Assembly: GCA_963733055.1 (NCBI GenBank)
Contig: CAVTBR010000003.1
Coordinates: 160,001-224,000 of the forward strand
DNA: 64,000 nucleotides
Source: Candidatus Bathyarchaeota archaeon
Lineage (GTDB): Archaea; Thermoproteota; Bathyarchaeia; 40CM-2-53-6
Direction of reading: 5' to 3'
This document shows, piece by piece, positions 1-9,976 of the stretch (its first letter is position 1; every line of letters starts with the position of its first letter). Below the pieces are notes generated by a model. The model saw nothing but the letters and a program-made list of their open reading frames with translations. It was not told where the DNA came from and did no database searches. Made by a program: the position numbers and the translations under genes.

Positions 1-196
1 ATTTTAGATGAGTCTCAGTGACGCCCGCGTAGCGGCCTGCGACAAGGTACGCGTTTGCACCCTTTTCTTTGTATATGGTTATGGGCTTGTGTACGGCCGC
101 TGTGTCTGTGCCGGCGTATAGGTAGGTGATTGCGTCGTCGTACTTCGCTTTGTCTTCGATCTTGAGCAGAACCACGTTAGTCTCGTCGGGTTTCAT
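1..196 (-). CDS. Hypothetical protein, 3' end runs off window (MKPDETNVVLLKIEDKAKYDDAITYLYAG...)
   Basis: ATG at 196 preceded by GTGAGGGG SD-like motif; frame open to the window edge; directly downstream of the PLD gene. Confidence 0.55.
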   Translation of the reverse strand, partial: MKPDETNVVLLKIEDKAKYDDAITYLYAGTDTAAVHKPITIYKEKGANAYLVAGRYAGVTETHLK

Positions 197-228
197 GTGG
201 CCCTCACGTATCTACACTCGTAAAACTG

Positions 229-768
229 TTACGCTGTCGCAGCGTAATTCTGTTGGAAGTTAGCTTCGTAGAGGGATGCGATCGCAGTACTGTCAATAAC
301 GATTAGATTTTCTCGATTTTCCTTGTTGGCTTGGTTTGTCCAATTGAACGATCCGGTAAGCAGGATGTGGCCGTCAATTATGGCGAGTTTGTCGTGCATA
401 AGTCCCGATCGTGTGTCTAGATGAATAGCGATGCCGTCAGCTGTCAGTTTGCTGTATTGGCTCCCAGTTTCGTTAACGGTGCTATGGTCCCATATGACCT
501 CGATGTTCAAGTTCGGTTTCGCCTGATGGGCGATGACCAGCGCGTCGCTAATCTGCGGTAAAGTGAACTCGTAGATTTCTATGTGGATTGTACTATTGGC
601 GCGGCCGATCCAATAGGCGACGGTTGTCCCGCAATTTCCATCAGGGGAGAAACAGACGGAGATAACTGTCACATTCTGAGCCTTGACGAAACCAGTCGAC
701 AAGGATACTGAGATCACGCCGATGAGAAGAAGAGGAAGGAGTCGGCGAATCGTAATCAGCCTATACAC
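229..768 (-). CDS. Secreted phospholipase D/Nuc-family nuclease (single HKD motif)
   Basis: N-terminal signal peptide; FSP motif; HDKLAIID (HxKxxxxD), TGSFNWT and NRENL motifs. Confidence 0.88.
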   Translation of the reverse strand: MYRLITIRRLLPLLLIGVISVSLSTGFVKAQNVTVISVCFSPDGNCGTTVAYWIGRANSTIHIEIYEFTLPQISDALVIAHQAKPNLNIEVIWDHSTVNETGSQYSKLTADGIAIHLDTRSGLMHDKLAIIDGHILLTGSFNWTNQANKENRENLIVIDSTAIASLYEANFQQNYAATA

Positions 769-854
769 CCCAAGTAAGAACTACGTTGAATCACGGTTTA
801 AGGGTTCACGACAATTCTTACTTCGAATAGCTTCTGCTAGAAAACGTGTACAAG

Positions 855-1220
855 TTAGGATTCCGATTTGACGGTGCTTTCCTTTTCATTGGGAACCTCG
901 CGAGAATCTCCGGTAGCTTGATTGTGGGCGTCCATGCTCGCTTTCAGGAAGCGTTTGTAGCTGGAGAGGTAACAAAACAACCCATTCTGCAGGAAGAGGC
1001 TTAACACATCGTTACGGCTGCGCCCATGGTCTTGAGCCCACGTGTCGACCTTTCTCAGAAAACCGGCCGGCAAATGAACGGTAACCCATCCCCGCGGGAT
1101 CCACGCGGACTGTACCCACGCCGAACGGTCCACACAAGTCAACGGTTGCTGACATAGCTGAAGCAGATCTTCAGACCGTTTCGTCCTCACAAAACTTGCT
1201 GTCGTGCCGAATCTTAGCAC
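855..1220 (-). CDS. Hypothetical protein with ribbon-helix-helix (CopG-like) segment
   Basis: VTVHLPAGFLRKVDTWAQDHGRSRNDVL fits the RHH beta-alpha-alpha pattern; start uncertain. Confidence 0.5.
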   Translation of the reverse strand: MLRFGTTASFVRTKRSEDLLQLCQQPLTCVDRSAWVQSAWIPRGWVTVHLPAGFLRKVDTWAQDHGRSRNDVLSLFLQNGLFCYLSSYKRFLKASMDAHNQATGDSREVPNEKESTVKSES

Positions 1221-1271
1221 CGCATTCGCGTCAGGACTTCTTGCCTGGAAGTCGGTGACTTGGGCGGAGTC

Positions 1272-2415
1272 TTACGGAGTTTCATGCTCTCTGCCGCGTT
1301 TCATGACCATTATTCCGGTCACTGCCGCGACGACGATGATTGCGACAAGCATGCCATAGAATGCCATGGAGAAGTCATGGTTCCATTTGGCTGTCGCAGT
1401 CTTCGGACCGTCCATGGTTATCGGATTCGACTTGAGGTTCATGCCAGATGAGCCGTTGGTCCATACTGCGAAATCCCAATTGTAGAAAATCCCATCACTT
1501 GTTGTACCAGTCTCCAAGGCGGCGTACGCTTTGGAGCCTTCATCGTACCATCCCGCTCCCGTGGCATTTCCGTGATCCGAGTTGACGGTCAATCGGTATT
1601 GGATCTTATACTGTGCAGTGTACACCGCAGTTGCTCGTTACCGTTATCGCTCTCGAGGCATCAGTTACGCCGTCACTCCAACCCGTGAATACGTATTGAG
1701 TACCCGGTTCATTCCCGGCAACAATCTTCTGAACGCTCAGAGAATGCTGGGTTCCTTGACGCCAACTGACTTGCATGCCCGAGCTTACAACTTCACCATC
1801 AACCGTTAAATCCGCGATAGCTGCAGCGCCTCCAGGCGAAACCGTGAAAGAGACAGTATAGATCCCAACCGCAGTGCCTAATGTCGCATCCAAGGTGGCA
1901 TACGGTTGCTCTCCTACGTAGCTTACTACGATTTGTCCTCGCTGATCAACGAGGAAAAAGTACGGGACCTCGTTGACGCCGTATATGTCGAAAATGGTAC
2001 CAGAAGAATCGTAAAGGTAAGTCCAAGACTCGCCATAGCTTCTGATGAACAGGGCAACATCGTTGGCAGTGGCTCCATTCCAAGGACCGGCTATGGAAAT
2101 GAATACTACCCCTCCGCTTCCGTACTTCGCGTGCAACTCAACAAGAACAGGCGCCATATTCTGACAGTGAGAGCACCAAGGCTCCATGAAGTCAAGAAGT
2201 ACAACTTTCCCACGAAAAGACGATAAGGAAACAGATTCGCCAGTCAGACCGTTTGACCCAACCACAGGAAGAGTGAAGTCTGGTGCTGTCCCGCTTTGGG
2301 CTCTGACTGTAGCAACTACGCTGAACGCATACAGTGTGAGAAGAACTACAACTAACCATCTAGACCGCTCAGATCTGCAATAACTAATGCTCTTCATTTT
2401 ATCACGGTATGCCAC
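1272..2415 (-). CDS. Membrane-anchored TlpA/ResA-like thiol-disulfide oxidoreductase with extracellular beta-repeat region; split by a frameshift near 1625-1630
   Basis: ORF 1606..2415 has a signal peptide, APDFTLP and WCSHC. ORF 1272..1625 continues (YTAQYKIQYRLTVNS..., C-terminal TM plus basic tail). One extra base joins them. Confidence 0.75.
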
Positions 2416-2491
2416 ATCGTTTTTGCAAAAATAACGGTTGTTATGTCATATGTCATCAGGTCAGGTGGACAATAGATGGAGCGTCTCAGAT

Positions 2492-2637
2492 TGGAGCCGG
2501 GGATGGGATTCGAACCCACCTCAGCGATACTACGCTTCTATACTGCGGGTTGCGGCAAGCGTATTCTTCTGCAGCCCGCCGCCTGAACCGTTCGGCATTC
2601 AGTGACCCCTAGACGGAGTCCTAAGGTCAACCCCGGC
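2492..2637 (-). tRNA. tRNA-Cys(GCA) with about 70 nt of intervening sequence, probably three introns; CCA encoded
   Basis: Acceptor GCCGGGG/CCCCGGC-T-CCA (U73); D arm GCC-GAACGGTTCA-GGC; anticodon arm GCGGG-CTGCAGA-CCCGC; T arm GTGGG-TTCGAAT-CCCAT. Inserts at about 2629-2598, 2568-2551 and about 21 nt in the variable region. Confidence 0.82.
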
Positions 2638-2673
2638 GTTCGCCCCGGCGAGCGAATCGTTGCGGCTGTAGCT

Positions 2674-2681
2674 CTAATAAA
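2674..2681 (-). promoter_or_regulatory. Putative TATA box of tRNA-Cys
   Basis: TTTATTAG on the minus strand about 37 nt upstream of the mature tRNA 5' end. Confidence 0.45.
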
Positions 2682-2707
2682 CCTGCACATAACCTAGCAA
2701 CTGAGAG

Positions 2708-3019
2708 GTGGCGTCGGTGACGACGGAGGATCGACCAGAGAATATGTTCTTCAAACTTTGCTCTGACCACCTCTCCATTGAAGCCATCCCAAGGAGGACC
2801 ATTCGAGTCGACATTGCTGAATTGAAGCAGCGAGCACTATCGGGACTCGAGCTCATGCTCTGGACGCCGCACTTTGTCGTCCTAAGAAACCGCGAGGGAC
2901 AGGAGATAACGTTGAGAAAGGATGGGAGAATGATAATAAGAAAGGTCGCATCGGAGCCGGTTGCCAAGCGAGCGGCCGCAGAAGTTATGGATGCAGTCCG
3001 CGGGCTGTCCCAGAATTAG
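2708..3019 (+). CDS. Small protein resembling the C-terminal domain of the neighbouring ThiF/MoeB
   Basis: KLCS...EITLRKDGRMIIRKV aligns by eye with WLCG...EVSLFRKGRMLIKNV of the ThiF C-terminus. Confidence 0.7.
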   Translation: MASVTTEDRPENMFFKLCSDHLSIEAIPRRTIRVDIAELKQRALSGLELMLWTPHFVVLRNREGQEITLRKDGRMIIRKVASEPVAKRAAAEVMDAVRGLSQN

Positions 3020-3726
3020 AGTCGAACGTTGAGAATTCGGGCTTCTTCTAGATCCCTCTTCACCATGGCATCCACATCTAGGGCCGTTTCAACTTCCGTT
3101 AAACGGTCCCGCCTTGCCGACGTACTCGGGTTGTCCGTTGGCACACCGCAAGTCGCGACGCCTGGGCGAATCGAAATCGGATAGGTTCCTATCTTCTTCG
3201 CATATTCCTCGATCTTCAGCTTATTCATTCCAACCAATGGCCTCAGCACCCGGACCTTGTTCAGCACGCTGTCTGCCGCCACAATATTCTGCAGTGTTTG
3301 GCTTGCCTTCTGACCGAGAGCGTCACCGGTCACAATCGCTTGGCATCCATGCCGCAGAGCAATCTCTTCCGCAACTCTAAACATGATCCGCCTTGAGAGT
3401 ATACACGCATATTTCGTTGGGCATTTTGACAGAATGGCCTGCAGGTCAGGGGAATGCGCCACGACATAAATTCGGGCATCCTCGATTCCAGCAACGCGGC
3501 AGACGGCTCTTATCGAATCCAAGGCAATGCCCTCGGCCGCTTGGTCGCAGAGCGGATAATTATCGAAGTAGGAGAAGATCGGCTCAACACCCTTCCGAAT
3601 CAGCAGCCACGCCGCAACGGGAGAATCGATTCCCCCCGAGACGAGGAAGAGCGCCTTACCAGCTAGTCGCGGTCGGGGTTGCTCGGCAGATATCGTGGTG
3701 GTTTCAAGCGCCATCCTTTGCATCAA
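3016..3726 (-). CDS. thiI: ThiI-family PP-loop sulfurtransferase, catalytic domain only (no THUMP)
   Basis: SGGIDSPVA PP-loop, TGDALGQKASQTLQN, RPLVGMNK, AKKIGTY. Confidence 0.85.
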   Translation of the reverse strand: MMQRMALETTTISAEQPRPRLAGKALFLVSGGIDSPVAAWLLIRKGVEPIFSYFDNYPLCDQAAEGIALDSIRAVCRVAGIEDARIYVVAHSPDLQAILSKCPTKYACILSRRIMFRVAEEIALRHGCQAIVTGDALGQKASQTLQNIVAADSVLNKVRVLRPLVGMNKLKIEEYAKKIGTYPISIRPGVATCGVPTDNPSTSARRDRLTEVETALDVDAMVKRDLEEARILNVRL

Positions 3727-4756
3727 CTTTTGGTGATTATCTCGAAGATTCCTCGTGAGACCTCAAGTGCTTCCGCCTCGTCTTTCACGTTTTTGATGAG
3801 CATTCTACCTTTCCTAAATAGGCTTACTTCATGACCCTGGTAATCGAAGACTATCACCATTGGTGTGGTCAAGAGAAGTGTGTGTTTTCCACCGATTGTC
3901 TTTGCTATCGACTGCAGATCCAGGGACTGCGGTGATTCTGGGTTTACGTTCGCAGTGCTTGAGCCGCAGAGCCAAGCCAATTTTGACGGATACGCAACCA
4001 CGCTGGGTGCTTTGATTTGGCAAACATTGCAGTCCTTCCGTATCGCCAAAGGGATCGTTCGAAATTCTGATTGTGCAAAATCGAACACCATTAACTTCCC
4101 TTTCGATGCTGGCTCGATTTCCGCAAGGACCTTTATCGCTTCCATCGCTTGAAGCGCTCCAATTATCCCCGTCGTAGCACCCAAAACACCTCTCGTGTCG
4201 CACGTTGGTAAGTCGGCGTCGATAAGGTCGGGGAGGAAACACTCCAGGCAGGGAGTTTCAGGTACTTTCAACGTGGCCACGTTCCCCTCCATTCCAATCG
4301 CGCCACCGAAAATTAGCGGGACCTGCTTTTCCGTACAAAACCTGTTTATCACATATCGGGTTTGCATATTGTCAAGGCCGTCGACGACGCAGTCCGCGCC
4401 GGTGAGGGCAGACGAGACGTTTTCTGCGCTAATATTATCGGGAATCGGGTCAACTTTTACTGTTGGGTTGATTTGTTGTATCCTGCGGGCCGCAGCCTCA
4501 ACTTTCGGATATCGGAGGTCCGAGACCGAGTAGAGAATCTGTCTGTGAAGATTATTAATTTCCACAGTATCCTGGTCCACAAGAGTTAGTCTCCCCACAC
4601 CCGCGAGTGCTAGGTAAAGAGCAGACACGCTTCCCAAACCCCCCAAACCAACAACAGCCACTTCCGCGGTCCTCAACTTCTCCTGCCCCGAGGTCCAAGC
4701 TCAGAGAGTATAGTTTGTCGACTATAGTACCCCGCCGTGTCAAATGCGGCTGACAT
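3723..4756 (-). CDS. ThiF/MoeB (E1-like) adenylyltransferase with C-terminal extension; 1-nt deletion in a G run at 4686-4689
   Basis: GLGGLG, NLHRQILY, DGLDN, CxxC pairs, TCDTRGVLG. The N-terminal YYSRQTILSELG lies in another frame from ATG 4756. Confidence 0.88.
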
Positions 4757-4808
4757 AGAGCCTTCGAACCTAGAATATGTGAAGCAAGCTTTCAGGGTAT
4801 GGGCTTCG

Positions 4809-6013
4809 TTAGGAGTAGAAGGGGAATCCGAGCTTGGCTATTTGGTACTTCAAGAACGGCCACGCCAACTTGCCCTGAACATCCCTGTACCGCAATGTTC
4901 CTTCCATCAAACCAACCATGCATTCCTGCACCTTCTTCTCCGAGAAGAAGTATCGCGCAACCCGATCCATATCGTACTGTTCTAGGTAACTGAAGCATGC
5001 GACTCGGTAGGCAACATCGAAATCCTTCCCAAATTCCTTGTAACACCTACGAGCATAAGTTGCAAGAAATTCCTCATCAAACTTCCCGGCACTGCACGCC
5101 TCCTCTGCAACATCCGCAGCTATCTGCCCACCCAAGATGGCAAAGTATATGCCCTCACCCAACAACGGCTCCGCAAAGCCTGCAGAATCACCCGCAAGTA
5201 GGATCCTGTCCGCCGCAAGAGGAACCTTGGCGATGCCACCGAGAGGGATCAAGTGTGCTTTTGGCTTAGGTATGTCCCGCCCTTCCAGTTCGGAAATTCC
5301 TTTCACAAACTGTCGGAAGAGTTCTTGCGCGTCTCGAAGTTTGCTTAGCCTGCACCCGACTCCGACGGTTAAGTGGTCGTCTTTAGGGAATACCCAGCCG
5401 TAACCGGCTTGGGACACTCCGAAGTAAATGTCAAAACATTCTTGTTCTCCGATAAAGTCGAGAACGGCCTCCCTTCCAATTCGGACTTCTGCTTCGATTG
5501 CGTAAGCAACCTGGTACGGGTTCCAACTCTGGTACAGGTGTCCGCTCCTCGCGGTCGGACCACCCATCCCATCGGCGCCTATGACCATCTTTGATTGGAT
5601 GGAGTCATTCGGAGTTCTGACCTCAATGTTCTCGGGATGTGCCTCGATACTTCGAACGGGAGTTCCATCCCTCACCTCCGCTCCGGCCTCGGCTGCTTTC
5701 CGGTATAGAAGATTGTCAAATTTGGTTCTGGAGGTCATGTAGACGAGTGGTTGTGATGTTTGGAACGTGAAGCAGTTTTGGCCGACATGAATTCTGGTGG
5801 ATTTGGGAGCACATTCGATGATATCCTCGGGGAGAGGAAAGCCCAACAACTTCAACACCTTTGGCGTGACACCCCCACCACAAAGCTTGTCCCGGGGCAT
5901 CCTCTCTTTCTCCAGCAGAAGGGTATTCAAACCAAGCTGGGCTGCCTTTCGGGCGGCCGCCGACCCCGCTGGACCTGCACCAACAACAATCAGGTCGTAC
6001 GTTTAGATCTCAA
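4809..6013 (-). CDS. Geranylgeranyl reductase-family flavoprotein
   Basis: YDLIVVGAGPAG is in frame upstream of the annotated ORF start; KLCGGG, GADG, GYGWVFPK, GDSAG, GEGI. True start at TTG 6013 needs one extra A at about 6002-6004. Confidence 0.85.
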
Positions 6014-6121
6014 CTGCCGAATTCTACGATTGTGGCCTCGCAATCGAGGTTGATGAATCTCATCAACGAATGTTCAGTAGTGTCCCACTGTGTCACAGTC
6101 GGATAACACTGTGGCACAGTC

Positions 6122-7114
6122 CTATGGGAACTTGAGGCTGAGTGAGCCGTGTGGGCATGCATCGATGCATTCCATGCACATGATGCATTCTGGGTCGTTG
6201 AACTTCTCCCATGGTAGGTCGAGTATGTTGATCTGCATGGGGCATTTGATCTCGCAGTGCGGGCACTTGGTACATTTCACGGGGTCCCGTTTGATGCCCG
6301 TGAAGCTGTACTTCTGGAAGACCGCCATCATTGCCCCAGTTGGGCAGACATATCGGCACCAGAATCTGGGAACCTTCCAGGCCGCACCGAAGAAACCAAC
6401 CAGAATCAATATTCGCAAAGCGAGCAGAGGGGGAGTAGTAAGCAGATCGCCCCAAACCTCTTGGATTGTCGGCGGTTTGTTTAGAAACGCCGCAATGTTC
6501 TGGCTGGCCATTCCGATCAGAGTGGGAATAGTGCCAAACAACGTTCCGTCAGGTGAAATTGCAATGAATGGACCCGAGGCTAGGACGCCCAGCGCAGTCT
6601 TGTAGGCTGAACCTCCCCCCAACGCAAGCGCCAAAGCCAACGTCCCACTGATCAGTAACGTCCCGCATAGAAGGAAGTACTTCACTCTCGTTGAACTCTT
6701 GTGCGTTCTAGGGGAAACAAAGTCCAATTTTCCCTTTAGAGTCGTGATAATGTCTTGAATGAATCCGATAGGGCATATCCAACCGCAAAACGCTCGACCG
6801 ACCACCGCTCCGATAAGCAGTACCGTCCCTAGAACAATCCATGGAAATTCAGGCTGGGATAGCTCCAGCTGAATCAAATCTAGAGAGCTATAGACAGCCG
6901 AGAAATGAGAATTCACGCTAACAAGGATAGGAAGACCAAACGGGATCGGCTGTATCCTCAAATTTGGAAAGATCGTGGTCAACGCAAGAGCGTTTACCGC
7001 CACTAAGGCGATTAATTGAACTATCATACGGGGCAGAGTCCATTTGAACTTGAACCGCCTCAGATCCTCTTCCGGTTTTGCCGGTGGTTGCGTTACTGGT
7101 TGCGTCTCTGCCAT
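6122..7114 (-). CDS. NapH/MauN-like membrane 4Fe-4S binding protein
   Basis: TM helices, FCGWICP and WCRYVCP motifs, two C-terminal CxxCxxCxxxCP ferredoxin motifs. Confidence 0.88.
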   Translation of the reverse strand: MAETQPVTQPPAKPEEDLRRFKFKWTLPRMIVQLIALVAVNALALTTIFPNLRIQPIPFGLPILVSVNSHFSAVYSSLDLIQLELSQPEFPWIVLGTVLLIGAVVGRAFCGWICPIGFIQDIITTLKGKLDFVSPRTHKSSTRVKYFLLCGTLLISGTLALALALGGGSAYKTALGVLASGPFIAISPDGTLFGTIPTLIGMASQNIAAFLNKPPTIQEVWGDLLTTPPLLALRILILVGFFGAAWKVPRFWCRYVCPTGAMMAVFQKYSFTGIKRDPVKCTKCPHCEIKCPMQINILDLPWEKFNDPECIMCMECIDACPHGSLSLKFP

Positions 7115-7124
7115 TCCAGACCAC

Positions 7125-7250
7125 TCATGGAAGTAGAATCACATATGCGCGAAGTATGTCAACGAGCGTTTTGAATTCATTTAGGTAGAGACCGATCATG
7201 AATGCCGTCAGCCCCAAGAATATCGTGAATGCGGCTGATGTGCGTTTCAA
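7125..7250 (-). CDS. 41-aa single-TM peptide upstream of the 4Fe-4S protein (MKRTSAAFTIFLGLTAFMIGLYLNEFKTLVDILRAYVILLP)
   Basis: TTG start, hydrophobic helix, ends 10 nt before the 4Fe-4S gene start; below the ORF-track cut-off. Confidence 0.5.
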   Translation of the reverse strand: MKRTSAAFTIFLGLTAFMIGLYLNEFKTLVDILRAYVILLP

Positions 7251-7424
7251 GGAGTCACTTCTCGTACCTTTGGTAGGATTTTCGGTAGCGTTGAACCCAG
7301 CTCGTAATTATACCTTTCCAACAGCCAACACAAAAAACGAACTCAAGAAAGAACGATCATACCACTGTCGGATCCGTACGGTTCCGTGAATCTCTCGTCA
7401 GAACCGTGTTTCTGAAACAGCTTT

Positions 7425-7589
7425 TCATTTGTTTTCTTTCCAACGTTCCTTCAGTTCCTTATAGGAGATACCTGTCGGGTCGCTAAGCCACTTTCCCACC
7501 GCATGACAGAAAATCTTCTCTTCCTCGATTAGGTGTTGGTGGGGTTCGTTGTACTCCGGACAGTTTGCTACTTGTTTGTAAACTCTCAT
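7425..7589 (-). CDS. 54-aa hypothetical protein (MRVYKQVANCPEYNEPHQHLIEEEKIFCHAVGKWLSDP...)
   Basis: ATG preceded by GAGG; fills an otherwise empty gap; Cys/His pattern like a degenerate Zn ribbon. Confidence 0.4.
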   Translation of the reverse strand: MRVYKQVANCPEYNEPHQHLIEEEKIFCHAVGKWLSDPTGISYKELKERWKENK

Positions 7590-7763
7590 TTTGCTCTGCC
7601 TCGCAGAAAACCATCAGAAAGACCCGTGAAAACGTGCGGCACAACCACACCCATAGCATAGCACCAAGCCTTACGTTTCATCTTCAACTATAAGAAGTGG
7701 CATATCCGACGGAAGACCATTATTATTCCGCCCTAAAGCAATCAAACGAGAGTTTGTTCAAGG

Positions 7764-9101
7764 TTGTTTCCGAGGGATAACGCACTCGCGACGGACCTCT
7801 ATGAGTTGACGATGGCGGCTGCTTATTTTGAGAACAAGGAAGATGCCGAAGCAACGTTCGAACTCTTCGTTAGGAACCTACCGAAGAATCGCTCATACCT
7901 GATAGCGGCCGGACTGGAACAAGCCGTAGAGTATCTTACAAATCTACGTTTCGAGAAAGAACATGTTGAATTTCTCCGGAAGCACCCCGCATTCAAGGAC
8001 ATAAGTGACGACTTCTTCGCTTACCTCCTCAAACTCCGGTTCACTGGCGAAGTCTGGGCGCTTCCCGAAGGGACCGTGTTCTTCGCTAACGAACCCGTAA
8101 TGAAAGTGACAGCCCCGATTATTGAGGCTCAGATAGCCGAAACCTTCCTTCTATCCACAATCAACTTTCAAACGTTAATCGCGACCAAGGCGTCGAGAGT
8201 TGTTCAGAGTGCGAGGGGGCGTGAGGTTGTGGAATTTGGCGGGAGGCGAGCACACGGCCCGGAGGCTGCACTTCTCGCGGCTAGGGCGAGTTTTATCGGT
8301 GGCTGTGTCGGGACATCAAACGTGTTGGCAGGATACAGGTTTGGCATTCCTATCTATGGAACATTGGCTCATTCATTCGTGATGAATTACGAAACAGAGG
8401 AGGAGGCGTTCGAGAGGTTTTGTAAGTCGTTTCCTTCGAACCCGGCGCTACTTCTAGACACCTATGACACTCTTCAAGCCGCGAAGAAAGCTGTTCCGCT
8501 AAAGCCCTCCCTGGTGAGGCTTGACAGCGGCGACCGGTACGATTTGAGCATGAAAGTTAGGAAGATTTTGGACGATGCGGGATTGAAGCAGACGAAGATA
8601 TTCGTGAGTGGGGATCTCAACGAACTCATAATCGACGACCTCACCGCGAAGGGTGCACCAATCGATGCTTTCGGAGTTGGAACGGAACTTGTCACTTCCC
8701 GAGACGACCCGGCATTGCAGGCGATCTACAAGATCGTCGCAACTTGCCGCGGCGGCGAAGTAGGTTTCCGCGTTAAGACGAGCGAGGGCAAACGAACAAT
8801 CCCAGGAGCTAAGCAAGTCTATAGGAGATACACTGCGAGTGGGGAGATTGAGGGAGATACTCTCGCATTGCAAGACGAAAATGATGTCGAAGGTGAGCCT
8901 TTGTTGGTTAGAGTATTCAACAATGGAAAAGTTGCCTACACCATGCCTCAGCTCGTCCAAATCAGGGAAAAAGCGCGAAAAGGTCTTGCCACATTGCCAG
9001 CAAAGTTTAGGACTTTGACCGACCCCCAACCTGCGCCAGTCAAGCTGAGCCCAAAACTTCAAGGGTTGAGCGAGTCTCTTTGGAGGAACCCAGAACAGTG
9101 A
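7764..9101 (+). CDS. pncB: Nicotinate phosphoribosyltransferase
   Basis: TDLYELTM, EFGGRRAHG, GTLAHSFV, LLDTYDT, VRLDSGD, FGVGT. Confidence 0.93.
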   Translation: MFPRDNALATDLYELTMAAAYFENKEDAEATFELFVRNLPKNRSYLIAAGLEQAVEYLTNLRFEKEHVEFLRKHPAFKDISDDFFAYLLKLRFTGEVWALPEGTVFFANEPVMKVTAPIIEAQIAETFLLSTINFQTLIATKASRVVQSARGREVVEFGGRRAHGPEAALLAARASFIGGCVGTSNVLAGYRFGIPIYGTLAHSFVMNYETEEEAFERFCKSFPSNPALLLDTYDTLQAAKKAVPLKPSLVRLDSGDRYDLSMKVRKILDDAGLKQTKIFVSGDLNELIIDDLTAKGAPIDAFGVGTELVTSRDDPALQAIYKIVATCRGGEVGFRVKTSEGKRTIPGAKQVYRRYTASGEIEGDTLALQDENDVEGEPLLVRVFNNGKVAYTMPQLVQIREKARKGLATLPAKFRTLTDPQPAPVKLSPKLQGLSESLWRNPEQ

Positions 9102-9400
9102 GGAGAAAGCTCGCAGCTATAGTTTTTCGTTGACGGTTTGATAAGCGACAAACTATTCGAATCTTCAAACCAATGCGATTTGCATCGTTAGCAATCGCGA
9201 GTTCTCTCCCTGAAAACTTTAATTGCACGCATTTTTGTTACACGAACAAAATCCCTCGAACGCTGCATGAAACGGTGTATGAATTGAAGATGCTAATCAG
9301 CAAATCCAGTTCACCTCGACGTGGGATCAGGTATCGAGGGCAAAGCTTCTCGAGCGCTTGCTTGTCGTGTGAGGATTTTGCTAGTTGCTGTGGAAGTTCT

Positions 9401-9976
9401 ATGAGCACTCAATTCGACGGCGCCGCTCCGGCTAAGAAGCCGAAGCTATCGCGCAGGGATTTCCTGAAAATTATGGGCGGCGTCTCCGCTGTTCTTGCGG
9501 CGGCTCCATTCGCGGGCGCGGGCGGGTTTCTGATACCTCAAGTTCCTTCAAAGTTCAATGACGTATTGATCGCCAAGAAGGGCGATGTTCCCGTTAATGC
9601 GTCGATGGTTTACTGGTTCCCATTCACAACAGATCCTACATACACTAACGTATTGATTCACTTACCACCGGATCTTGCAAGTACCGCCGGTAACGAATTC
9701 GTATCCTACAACCGGACTTGCATCCACCTCCAATGCTTAGTATCTTACTTAGGTACGTCCGGCCAGGCAGGGGCAAGTACTTCCGACATCATAGGATGCC
9801 CTTGTCATGGAAGCATTTACCGCCCAACTGACGGTTGGCCAATCGGCGGGCCCGCCGCACAGATCGGGCGTTACCTACCTAACGTTCAACTCCGATTTGA
9901 TGGCGACAATATTTACGCACATAACATAGATTTGAATGCGATCGGATATGGCAGCACAACGCCCCCAAGCAAGTAA
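9401..9976 (+). CDS. Tat-exported Rieske 2Fe-2S protein of a bc-type complex
   Basis: SRRDFLK twin-arginine signal; CIHLQC and CPCHGSIY boxes; GGPA. ATG 9401 is a more plausible start than 9173. Confidence 0.92.
   Translation: MSTQFDGAAPAKKPKLSRRDFLKIMGGVSAVLAAAPFAGAGGFLIPQVPSKFNDVLIAKKGDVPVNASMVYWFPFTTDPTYTNVLIHLPPDLASTAGNEFVSYNRTCIHLQCLVSYLGTSGQAGASTSDIIGCPCHGSIYRPTDGWPIGGPAAQIGRYLPNVQLRFDGDNIYAHNIDLNAIGYGSTTPPSK

Noticed and set aside
2519-2544. Long variable arm making this a tRNA-Ser, -Leu or -Sec
   Set aside because: The GCA anticodon loop and U73 discriminator indicate Cys; the AGCG/CGCT hairpin is better read as an intron
9173-9400. N-terminal extension of the Rieske ORF
   Set aside because: The Tat signal should be near the N-terminus; the upstream part looks like promoter DNA, so ATG 9401 is preferred
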